A DNA stretch of 63,956 nt, filler included, from Collodictyon triciliatum (Eukaryota): the NCBI GenBank assembly GCA_043381765.1. It is 26 parts of 26 records of this genome, joined end to end, with 100 filler letters (N's around TTAATTAATTAA, not from the genome) between each part and the next. Parts side by side here need not be neighbours in the genome. Positions count along the whole stretch, not along the records: positions 10,036 to 12,441 come from JBHJMP010008951.1; positions 12,542 to 14,945 come from JBHJMP010008952.1; positions 15,046 to 17,451 come from JBHJMP010008953.1; positions 17,552 to 19,957 come from JBHJMP010008954.1; positions 20,058 to 22,461 come from JBHJMP010008955.1; positions 22,562 to 24,964 come from JBHJMP010008956.1; 20 more parts are not named here. One strand, 5' to 3'. The notes below the pieces were generated by a model that searched no databases, was not told where the DNA came from, and was given only the letters and a program-made list of their open reading frames with translations. Every line of letters starts with the position of its first letter. Position 1 is the stretch's first letter. Both the position numbers and the translations under genes were made by a program. Below are positions 11,000 to 22,612 of the stretch, in pieces.

Positions 11000-12441
11000 A
11001 GATGGGCGTGGGGAGGGGGTTACTTCTGTAACATAAAGCGTCAGAACCTTCCAATCGACCAATCGTGCCTAATATACAGCGATAAAAGTATACGATTGAT
11101 AATGAGCTTTTGAAAGACAAAAATTTCGTTCGCCATCGTGGCCAGTGAAGACCAGTCCTTCTTAAACTACACGAATATATGAATTCAATTGCGAGATGCC
11201 GTGGATGCCCGAAAATTCTGCAAAAATAATGTGACACTCATGCGCACAATCTTGCACTCACACCCAGAATCTATTTCTGATTACCAAAAGCAATAGGTAT
11301 CATCTCCCAAAGCCAGAAAAGGTAAAATCGAGACAAGACACCCGTGGATGAAGCGCCCAGAGTCTCAATCAAGACAAAGGTTCAAGAGCGGCCCCAAAAT
11401 CAAGAAACGGATATCGAAATAATGGACGAAACAACAGGCGATTTGCCCGAAAGTGCATCAAGTTCACCAATGAACACGGAAAAAGCAATATCAATCGTGG
11501 AATGGCTTCGAATTGGAGGAAACATCGCCTACCTCCAAGATTCCCAACCTCCTCAAGCCGGTGATATCTCGCCAAGCTCTCCTTTAAACCATGGAGAGGA
11601 CGCCGAGGAAAGGGAAGCCCAAGCCAACTCGGAAACAGAATCGGGAAACAGCATAATGGCACCCAGCAAACCACATCCACTAGCCACCTTAGAGGGCATG
11701 GCTCCTGGGACCACTCAAGAGACTCCGTCTTCAGCAAGTACTGCGCAATCCATAAGAAGCAACGTCCCAGACTCGGGATGGGAAGAACAACAGTCCATCC
11801 AACCTATCGTCGTCATAGAGGGTTCTGCTGAAGAAGAAAGCGAGCAGCTCGAAGCTTCGGGAGCGACAAATTACTCCTCAAGTACTGTTTATGGGCGCAG
11901 ACCTGCTGTCGAAATGCTTGCGACTCCCCAGCGAGAAACGGCTTCCTATTCAAGAAAAAGAAATGTAGACGAATATAAAACACCGGTTACCCATCCTGCA
12001 ATCACTAGCGCACCAAAAAAGACCGAAACCGTCAAAGATAAAGCCTCGCCCGAGGAAAAGAGAATAAATCAGTCAAGTACACCACCGAATATAGCGAGCC
12101 AGAAAGCAATTCAAAATGAAAGTGGAAACATGGTGGCCCTGCCTACCGTGTGGATGAGGGAGAAAAATTGGAACCGAGGGGTACCGATGGTCAACAGAGT
12201 GCATCTCCCAACACACCGGCTACAAAGGGGCTGCAGCCAAAAGCCCAAGACCATCCGACAAACCCTGGTCGAACCGCGAGCAATCATAACACCGGCCAAA
12301 TGAAGGATAACTCGAGTAAACCATCCCACTCTGAGCAGCCCAGCTCCAGCGGAGAGGGCCAATCACCGGAGGCTACGGCCTCCAAAAGCCAATAGATTAT
12401 TAATGCGTTTTAACGTTCTGTCGTGGAACGTTAGGGGGATT
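11000..12441 (+). mobile_element. Degenerate non-LTR retrotransposon (L1/Tx1-like): frameshifted ORF1 and start of ORF2; left boundary approximate
   Basis: Low-complexity S/P/T/E-rich ORF1 pieces (11344-12303, 12150-12395) end in TAG. Seven nt later an ATG at 12403 gives MRFNVLSWNVRGI, the start of an APE endonuclease. Confidence 0.8.
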
Positions 12442-13900
12442 NNNNNNNNNNNNNNNNNNNNNNNNNNNNNNNNNNNNNNNNNNNNTTAATTAATTAANNN
12501 NNNNNNNNNNNNNNNNNNNNNNNNNNNNNNNNNNNNNNNNNGAGTTCGCGTGAAGCAGAGCTGCTCCACTGATTTATATGCAAGAGAAATGTTAGTCAGA
12601 CACCTCATTGTGAACACATTTTACACACATATATATTTCTTAACAACTAAGTAATAGGAAACTTATATTGAATTATTTTTTCCACTTTTGTTTTTTTAAT
12701 AAAAAAATGAAGAAAAATTCAGTACCTTTCAACACCAGCTGCTTTGTCTTACATGCACATAATTGAGAAAAGCAAATATTATTGTACAAGGTTTATTCTC
12801 TATTTATATCTATGCTTCTGAACCACACTTGGCATCCCTAACGCACCACTCATTATATCTTGTATAATGCCAGAAAAAAGATTTGGAGCCGAGTTTTATT
12901 CTCAGAGGCGGTTTCCCTTTAGTTAAATAGAGTTTGCATCCCATGAAATCATACTATAGCCGAGCAACTGGTTAAATTTAATGTGATTTTTTGGATTAAT
13001 ATATGCGCTCCATAGAGCAGACATTCTATTACTTAAATTATATGAAGATAGCAAAGGTATGAATAGGACTCTGAAATAATAATTATATTTTTGCATATTA
13101 TATCCGCTTTGTAGCCTAATTTTTCTTTGGTGATAAAATACTCGAGAATTAAGCATGCATTTTGTTAGATTTATTGTTCGACTGTATTGTGCTGTTTTGG
13201 TTCTGGAGATATATATATATACCATGAATTTTCCAATTAATGTATTTTTTTCACTAATGTTTTTGTATCTCACACCTTTCAATTATTATATTTCATGTAG
13301 GTTTTCATCGTATATTGAACATCATATACCGTTTCTATTTTCCATTTATTTTTGAAGTTAGAGTGTTTCAGTTCTTATAGATTGAAAGATTGGTTATTGT
13401 GTGTAATATCAGTCCTTAGATCGACTATGAATTGTTTAATCAAAAAAGAAATCTATATTTTTCATACGTTGCCGTATGCGATTGCTTTGTATTTATTTTT
13501 GTCTGAATCCTCTGAATATGTTTTTAATATATTTCTGGAGCTATCTTATTTAATACTAATTATTCTCATTTATTTAATGCACCTGGCAAACAAATAGTTT
13601 GGCGACACAATTTCGTTTAATACAGACAAATTATCATGTAATGGACTATATTGAGTAACCACTCATCTTTTACATAAAATATGCATCATTGATTGAGTTT
13701 TTCCTCATATATGTCATTTTTTTTATAGGATGCTAATTTATATGCCAGGCTTGATGGATTATTCTCCCCCTTTTTCTAAAATCAAAACTCAATCTATTAA
13801 ATTCTTGGTATTCATCGATGTTAGCAAACATAGACAATATTGCCTCAATGGTTTCGTTCATATTTACTTGGGAAGATGAAATTGAATGAAATCATAGCAT

Positions 13901-14002
13901 GAGACAACCACAGTGAGCCATGGCTATATATTTGACCCCGATACTCCACGACTAATGTCTCGGAGGCCTATAAAAAACACTTCAACAATTGAACAGGGTC
14001 AA
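13901..14002 (+). ncRNA. Candidate HDV-like self-cleaving ribozyme (possibly degenerate)
   Basis: P1 GAGACA(13901)/TGTCTC(13956-61) followed by GG; P2 TTGACCC(13932)/GGGTCAA(13996); L3 TCCACGA (13945-51) with canonical 3-7-3-7-GG spacing. Confidence 0.5.
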
Positions 14003-15069
14003 GTGAAGCTGTAACAACTAACCGATTATGTCGTCATATATTTCTCACGGCTCTAATTGAAGTTTGTTTGCATATTACATCATTCCAATCGCATACTAAA
14101 AGACATTATTATTGAAAGAATACACAAAAAATATTGGCAGCATTGAATAGAACCATCATATGAGATATACCAATTTTCTTACATTTTCTGCAATTATCAT
14201 TATCCTGAATGTTCTCATACATGACAGGAAAGAGGTTCGTTATTATTTATGACTATGATTTCTTAAATCTATTGCATGTGGAGGTTGACGGTTTCATATC
14301 TTTCAATAAGCTATTCGCTCCAAAGTTGAAAAATCCAAAAAATACAATATTGATAAAGTTGCAGGGTCATCTATGCAAAATAAATGATGAATAAATACTG
14401 GAGTCGGTAAATGTAATAAGGAGAGGTTTTTTTACTTTTTTTCTATTATCTCTACTGATTAAACTACACATTTTATTTTACACGATTTAAACCTCAAGTG
14501 GAAGTACGGGCGTCAATTCCAGTTTTCATGATTATGTGAGTGGCTTGTGAAAAATTTGAACATATTGATTTTTCTAATACGTATTGGTACTTCAGCTTGT
14601 ATTTTCAATTTTTTAAATATTTATTTTTTGCATCGTGACATTTTCACAGATACCGATGGTTGGTAGATATCATTAACATTTTTTAGTAATATTAAGTGTT
14701 GTTCTTTCATCTTTCTCTAACACATTTAACCATTATTCTCCTTTTTTTCTTTAGGCTGTATGAAGTGTGTGCTTAATGAAAAAGGGTTTGCTACTGCATC
14801 AATATTCATTACAATAAGTCAATTGTCACAAAATACCTCCCTCCACCAGATTTATATCTCACAGGATACACGATTCTTGTAGTGATGATTTAGCCCAGCT
14901 ATCACCCAAATCGGAGCTTGCATCACAGTGGAATCAACAAAAAAANNNNNNNNNNNNNNNNNNNNNNNNNNNNNNNNNNNNNNNNNNNNTTAATTAATTA
15001 ANNNNNNNNNNNNNNNNNNNNNNNNNNNNNNNNNNNNNNNNNNNNAAAAAAAGAAAAAAAAAAAAAAAA

Positions 15070-15143
<74 letters not shown>

Positions 15144-15280
15144 AGCGGAAAGGGGGAGAAAAAAGAGGGAAAAAAGGGGAGAAAAATAAGAAGCTAATAA
15201 AAGGAAAGGAAAGGAAAGGAAAGGAAAGAGAATAAAAAAAAAAGAGAATAAGAGGAAAAAAACGTGGATCAGATGAATAC

Positions 15281-15485
15281 CTAGATCAAGAAGAGCAAGT
15301 TCGTCCGTGGGCTTCCCGTTAGCCAAGCAGCCGCCGAAAACAAGCCAAGCAGGCTGGTACTCATCAAGAAGAAGAGAGGCGGAGTGGCTGAATCGTCCAC
15401 GTGGCCCAAACAAGGTGGCTATCGTAGTCTTTGCAACTAACTTCACCGGCAGCTCGGAGTGTGATCCAAAAAAGCTTGTGGACAT
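15281..15485 (-). CDS. First exon of a kelch-repeat protein
   Basis: MSTSFF...GPRGRFSHSASLL...WLVFGGCLANGKPTDELALLDL followed by a GT donor; matches the kelch PR.xHS...FGG pattern. Confidence 0.7.
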
Positions 15486-16335
15486 CTTCTCCTTCTTCCC
15501 TCCTTTCTGCTTAATGCGAAGATTAGCTTGGAAGCTGAACTTAAGGTGTGCCTTGACTTTTTTTTTCTTTTCCCAGCATCTTCTATGAATTGGTTTCGTT
15601 ATTGTTGTTTTCCCGTTCGTTTCTTTATGTTTGTACAATTATCGTCGTTGTTTAAGTCAATGGTATTGTTTTGCTACTTGCACAGTATGGGAAGAGCTTT
15701 GATTTGCTTTCAGCTAAAAGGCTGTGTACTTTATTGGCCACAAATAGGATACCACAAACACTGAATACCATACATCTACAACCCGCATCCATTGTGTAAT
15801 TTGATCAATTTGTTTGTTTGTTTGTAAGGTGCGACGATGTTCGAGTCCAGGCCAGAAAAATTTAATCTACTCCACACGCCGCAATGCCAATAAGTGTGGT
15901 GATCGCGCTGAGAGAGACAGAGTTGAGGAGAGCAATAAAAAAAAAAAAGAACACAATGAAAAAGAAAAAGTCTCCTTTGCTGAGAAATAATAAATACACT
16001 GACAGAGAACAAAGGACACGTTCTCTGGAAAATAATATGATTACACTGGCGTTCTTTCCTTCTCCTCCAAACCCACCACGTTTTAAAGCCGAAAAAAAAA
16101 AGCAAGCAAGCGATCGGAAAGAGCGATCCCAAGAAGGACGAGACCGCCTACCATGAGACTGTACGCAAACCGAGAAGGCCGACGCAGCCAACGCAGTGAG
16201 CGAAAAGGTCACTTTACCATACGCTATGCAACAAAGGTTACGCACAGAGACACACCGACGATCAGGACGCCAGCTGCCACCAACCCTTGAGTACAACAAA
16301 CTACTGATAAGACACAGCGAGCTCTTTGAAACGAA

Positions 16336-16384
<49 letters not shown>

Positions 16385-18089
16385 GGGGTTCATAGTCCTC
16401 AAGCTCAAGCTATCGACCCACGGGCAGCATGATAAGTATGATTATAGTGCTCAGTATTAGCTGCTCTGATTCATTCATCTTTTTCTTTTCTTTTTCTTTT
16501 CTTTTTCTTTTTCTTTTTCTTTTTCTTTTTCTTTTTCTTTTTCTTTTTCTTTATTTTTCTCTTTTTCTCTTCTATTTCTTTTTCTTTTTTCTCTTTTTTC
16601 TCTTTTTTCTCTTTTTCTTTATTTTTCTTTATTTTTCTTCGGTCTCATTCAGTCTGTAAATGGATAAACTTCATTACAAGGGTTGAGACGAACTTGGTTT
16701 TATCCCTTTCAAGGAACAACACTTTTTATACAACGAAAGTGTACCCACGTATATACCAATTTATTGCACAGACAACCAGCGAATTAAATCTGCGTTGACA
16801 AAAGCTGGAGCTTTGATGAATCCAAGAAACAACCTGAAAAATATATAATTATAATTAGAATATATAATAAGGTTAAAAATACTTAAAATACCATTCTATT
16901 CCTATAATAAATGTATATTTATTTCCCATTTACGTAATAAAAATTCAAAAATTACAACAAGCCTTTGTCTTCGCCCAGACAGAACCCACACCTATAAACT
17001 TGCCACCAAACATACATTTCAAAAAAAGCATCCTATCCACACTTGCGGCAGTAATCATGTTGTTTGGGGCCGATATGTTGACTTTCAGTCGCAATGGCTA
17101 TACGGCCGTCCTTTCGAACTCGCCGAATCGGCTCTCAGCGTTTTGTCTCAAATAATCACTCGTAAAAAACTTTGTGTGTTTGTTTGCCGCAATGCACACA
17201 TTTTGAAAGTCTCGGCAGATGCTTTTTTTTTCTTTTTTCCCTTTATTCGATTCAAAGTGTAGCGAGGTTATGCCAAGTCTCGGCAGATGCTTAATTTTAC
17301 CTAAATTGATTTTATGCATTTTTTATTTTATTAAATTGACTGATTGACCTAAGTTTTATAAAAATTGAAAACTCGGTAGTTTTCTAAAGGAAAACGTAAG
17401 ACAAAGACCTTCACATGAAGAAAAGAAAACGCCTTGAGTTTGAGAATCTAANNNNNNNNNNNNNNNNNNNNNNNNNNNNNNNNNNNNNNNNNNNNTTAAT
17501 TAATTAANNNNNNNNNNNNNNNNNNNNNNNNNNNNNNNNNNNNNNNNNNNNAATAAAACAAAAATAATAAAACAAAAATAATAAAACAAAAATAATAAAA
17601 CAAAAATAATAAAACAAAAATAATAAAACAAAAATAATAAAACAAAAATAAAACAAAAATAAAACAAAAATAAAACAAAAATAAAACAAAAATAAAACAA
17701 AAATAAAACAAAAATAAAACAAAATTAAATCTAAGTAAAAGAGAACTTCTGCCATTTTAGACTAAACACATTCCCTAAAGTTTTGGTTTGGTATTTTCCT
17801 AATAGAGGGCTACATCTTATTGAGAAACCCGACCCGGCTCTCCTGTTCCTTTATACAAAGCCTCCGCTCTGATAGATGAAAGCAACTGTTCCATAAATAT
17901 ACACATGTACTTATATCCTTTTTTCATCCCAAAAGTGATAACGGATGTATGCAGCTTTGTTTTTCTTATCTATGAATTTGACGAGTGCCATGCGAAAAAA
18001 TAAACGTAGTAACCAGTTGTTTTTGTTTTGTTTCTCTTGTCTTTTAGTCAGCTCGCTCGCAATCTACTTGTGCTTGGGGTTCTGTGTGG

Positions 18090-19814
18090 TTACATATCCT
18101 GCAGCTCCCGACAAAGCGAGCATCCTAGCGAAAACTCCTCTCCTTGGGGCGGATGTTTTGCTTTGCAAGTGCATTTTGGCAGTCGATTTCTTGGAAGTTC
18201 TTTCACTTCATACGCCCGACGATGGCACGGTTCACAGAAATGTGTGTTTCCTAGTGCCGTGTAGTTAAGGGGAAAAGAGTTGAGTTTGCAAACGCAACTA
18301 TTTTCAACGGCGAGTGATTACGGAATAACGAAGATGAAATATACATGTATATATATGAATTTTTTTTTTTAGAGCTGGAGTAACAACATGTATATACACC
18401 AGAGAATGGTAGTATATATATATATATTAAAAAAAAAGTACCAAAGCAAAACCACGAAGCAACATTGCAACAATACCGACACTTGAACTGGCTGTCACAT
18501 GATAAATATATAATAGGAACTTCAGTTATGGGATATGCAAATGCAAGAAAATAAGCATTTTCTCCATATTCTATCCCATTTTTTTTCTCCATCGAATATA
18601 TTGAATTTTACTCAAAGTATTTAGATGCCATAACATACATAAAGTCTGTTCCATGGCGTGGGCACTCCTTCTGTTGTCCTCCTGCTGAACTGCACGCTGC
18701 ACAAACAAGTTCTTCTGGATTATGCTCTTCAACCCCAGCAGCGCATTGGGCTTGTCCAGCAAAATAAGGATTCTTTGGAAAATGTTAAGGAATATAAAAG
18801 GAAGAAAGAACTTCAGGAATAGCCGTAATATATTTTTGCACTCATAGAAACAAAAATTACCTTGCATTTGAAACACATCGAGTAGCTATATCTGTGCATA
18901 GCATAGGCAAGTGGGTTTCCATGAAACTGACTTTGAGGATTCATCAACTCTTGACATTTTTCCAGACCTTCATATTTGAGGCGAGTAAGGGCTTTTTCCT
19001 GAGAAAGATAGTAGTTTTTTTTTTCAGTTCACTAAGAGTTACTTGCTCTTTTTCTAAAAGAAAAAAAGTGACGCCGTTCAGGCTTTGTGCTTTTGAATAT
19101 TTTAAGAGCATGGGCGGTAAAAAAGAAAAAAAAAACCTCTATCTTTGCTTTCAAGGAATCGCCTTCTCTAATCAATTCTGCCAGGGAAGGATGAGAAAAT
19201 TTTCTCTTGCATGTCGGGCAATCACAATAGTTAAAAGTTATTCTGGAGCCTGCAAGCCGAAATGGAGAGATGGTTAGATTTGTGGTAGATAATACTAATA
19301 CAAATTGCAATAATAAAACAGGAAATCAGAGCAGAATAAGCTGTGCATACGTGCCCAATAAACCTGAATACGGTAAGTGATTCAAAATGAGTGTAAAGTT
19401 TTTTTTTTTTAGCATCCTACCTGTCCATTTCTTTTCGAGTCTTTTCTTAACACAATGATAGTGAATAATGTGGCCGCATTCTAGTTGCACACACGGAGCT
19501 CCAAGCAAATCATCCACAAAACAGATTGGACAGAATTGTGAACCATCCTTTCAAAACGCAAAGCAAAGAAGCACTGATTAGTGATATACCGAGAGGCGGA
19601 ACCATATTATTTTTAAATAGTTCAAAAAACACCAATGAATAAGCATTTCCAGCCATATCACCTCTCTTTTCGAAGGACATTCAGACTCCATACAGGGCAG
19701 ACATGGGGAATTCCGAATACCGCCACATATGTGCCCACATGGCAGTTTTTTCCGACACATGTTAGCTGCATATTGAGCACATTCGAGGTTCTGGCAAATA
19801 TTCACATCGGTTTT
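18090..19814 (-). CDS. MYCBP2: MYCBP2/Highwire/RPM-1-like E3 ligase, C-terminal RING and tandem-cysteine domain, multi-exon, 5' partial
   Basis: Spliced exons give [110 protein letters not shown] and HPPQGEEFSLGCSLCR. Confidence 0.9.
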
Positions 19815-19922
19815 CTAAATTTAATAGTGTTAATCAAGACTTTTATTTGATTACGAAACGACCCTTTTTCTACTTTACTATTAAAAACAAAAAACAAAAA
19901 ACAAAAAACAAAAAAAAAAAAG

Positions 19923-19957
<35 letters not shown>

Positions 19958-20057
19958 NNNNNNNNNNNNNNNNNNNNNNNNNNNNNNNNNNNNNNNNNNN
20001 NTTAATTAATTAANNNNNNNNNNNNNNNNNNNNNNNNNNNNNNNNNNNNNNNNNNNN

Positions 20058-20425
20058 TATGGTTATTATGGTTATTATGGTTATTATGGTTATTATGGTT
20101 ATTATGGTTATTATGGTTATTATGGTTATTATGGTTATTATGGTTATTATGGTTATTATGATTATGATTATGATTATGATTATTATTATGATTATGATTA
20201 TTATTATGATTATGATTATGATTATGATTATGATTATGATTATTATTATGATTATTATTATGATTATTATTATGATTATTATTATGATTATGATTATGAT
20301 TATGATTATGATTATGATTATGATTATTATTATGATTATTATGGTTATTATGGTTATTATGGTTATTATGGTTATTATGGTTATTATGGTTATTATGGTT
20401 ATTATGGTTATTATGATTATTATTA
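20058..20425. repeat. Compound microsatellite (ATTATGGTT)n/(ATTATG)n
   Basis: Directly visible. Most contigs begin or end in similar simple repeats or homopolymers. Confidence 0.95.
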
Positions 20426-21000
20426 TATCTACCTCTATTATTAACTTCAATTAGTGTAAAATAGATGTTTTAGCCCTAGTTCTCAAACCTTTGTTCGTGT
20501 AGTCGTCTCTGGGAGCCGAGTGGCGGATATTTTGCCTGGTGCCAGGCTCCTCAAGACACGATTCAACCTATCACTTTAATGAGCTCAATCCCAAATAGAT
20601 TTGTTTCCATATAGCTGCCATATATCAAATGTTTAAACAAATTTATGAATTGCCGTATTATCACCTCTATAATATATAGGTGATAATACGACATGAATTA
20701 TGTTTTCTTCGTAAGAAATACGAGGGATGTTCATTTTCAGGTAGCCACGCATACACGGTTATCCATGTTAGACCCTTTATTTTGCTGGCCATGGCCCCGA
20801 GGTGGTTAAAAAGATTGAAATTATATTTATATGGTGTTCTTTTTATTAAACTAAGGAATCCTCATCCAGAACAAACAATAGATGATTGCAAGAAAAGTTA
20901 AACATCGAGATAAGGAAAGGAATTAGGTCCATGAATAAATGAAGTATCAGTAAACTAGCGTCATATAAAGGGTGATCAATGACCGACCAAAGATAGGATG

Positions 21001-21594
21001 TTAGTTGCAAGAATCAAGATGCAATAATGCAGTGTTAGTACATCGATTTTCGGGGTGCTGGTTGTGTTGGTACGAAAGGGCATTGGAGAAACGGTCATAA
21101 ACGCTTGGTTGCAAGGTAAGGCGGAACCGAATCCGCGTCAGGAAATCAACCTCCATCACTCCAAACTGACCCCCTGTGGTCCCCAATACCAGCGCAAATG
21201 TCCCGTTCCCATAGCAATCGTCCTCCCAATACTTGCACGAGGCCGACAGTGCGACCGCAAAGATCAGCAAAAGGTCCCTCTCTCTGTCGCTGTCAAGCAG
21301 GCTGTCCTGGGAGCTTGCTGGATCAATGACAGGTGCGCGAAGAAAGCGGTGGGTGTAAAGTGCAGCGGCGATAATGCTGGGTCGTGAGGCGAGATTGTGC
21401 GTGCGCACGTAAAACAGAAATCGGTCCACACGGCTCGCGTCGTGTGTGGGAGAGTCATTATGGGGCTGCTGGTCGCTGTGTGACGCAGACAGCGAGAAGG
21501 ATTGTGCGATGGACTGGACGAGTCTGATGTATGCGCTCATTATGGCCGCTCCCGCACCTGCGTTGAACAGATGATGAAAAACGGAGACTATCAT
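21001..21594 (-). CDS. PHO80-like (P/U-type) cyclin, intronless; start uncertain
   Basis: IAAALYTHRF...SCKYWEDDCYGNGTFALVLG...MEVDFLTRIRFRL cyclin-box pattern. Confidence 0.8.
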   Translation of the reverse strand: MIVSVFHHLFNAGAGAAIMSAYIRLVQSIAQSFSLSASHSDQQPHNDSPTHDASRVDRFLFYVRTHNLASRPSIIAAALYTHRFLRAPVIDPASSQDSLLDSDRERDLLLIFAVALSASCKYWEDDCYGNGTFALVLGTTGGQFGVMEVDFLTRIRFRLTLQPSVYDRFSNALSYQHNQHPENRCTNTALLHLDSCN

Positions 21595-22612
21595 AGACTC
21601 ACACAAAGTTATTCTCAGCTCAGCTGCTTTAGTCGGGCACCCATGCGTCTGCAGAAAAAAAAAATATGTTTGATCCAGGCAAATGCAAGTGCCGCTGTTT
21701 GGTGTCTTCTGGCTCTGCACAATGCTCCTGAGAGCATTGCTGAACCCGAGAGTAGCTCTATTATGTTTTGGTCCGTTTCGTGTTTGAATCAGTCAGGTAA
21801 CCCACTAGCCATGCGCCGGGTGAAGAAAAAGTGCAGAACAATCAGCCGTGTGAAACCACCAGCCTGTTTAATAACCCACAAAATTCTAGCGGTTTCTCTC
21901 CCTTTTTTGGCTGCTGGAAAAGCCTTGGAACGCTGTATCCAGAAATGCCTTCGTTGCGCCCTTCATTTGGCCTTTTGGTATCTATTGTTCTGGAAAATAT
22001 GCCGCATTAATAATTCCGCATATAGTTATATCTTCAATTGAACAAAGTTGATTGATAAGGAAAGGTACCAATTTTTTATTCGCTCAAGATAGAAAGGTAT
22101 ATTCCATGGTGGTTCCTAATGCATTCTTTGTGTCTAAATTAGGGTTACTCTTCAAAGGAATGATGAAAAAAGGAATGTGGGACATGCTTATGCTAATTAT
22201 ATAAATTTAGAATTTTTTATGCTATAATTAATTATATTATGATATCAAATACATTATATGGTAATTTTATTATATTCTCCAAAATTAATTACAGTTGAAA
22301 ACATTTGTGGATTTTTCAATTTTTCTTTTCCATGTTGTTTTGTTAGGCTCAACACACAAACGATCACTGCGTCACAAACAGATCAAGAGAGAAAAAAAGA
22401 AAAAAAGAAAAAAAGAAAAAAAGAAAAAAAGAAAAAAAGAAAAAAAGAAAAAAAGAAAAAANNNNNNNNNNNNNNNNNNNNNNNNNNNNNNNNNNNNNNN
22501 NNNNNTTAATTAATTAANNNNNNNNNNNNNNNNNNNNNNNNNNNNNNNNNNNNNNNNNNNNGTCATAAGTAATGAGATTATTGTAATCGGTTCCATTACT
22601 TATATAAATATT

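Noticed and set aside
17066-17137. tRNA-Sec (9-bp stem, TTCA loop)
   Set aside because: Arm order and lengths do not fit, with no proper D or T arm; kept only as a generic structured candidate.
20010-20454. Poly-Ile/Met ORFs, and similar poly-Phe, poly-Lys and FYC ORFs at 17496, 32098 and 54325
   Set aside because: These are translations of microsatellites and homopolymers at contig ends.
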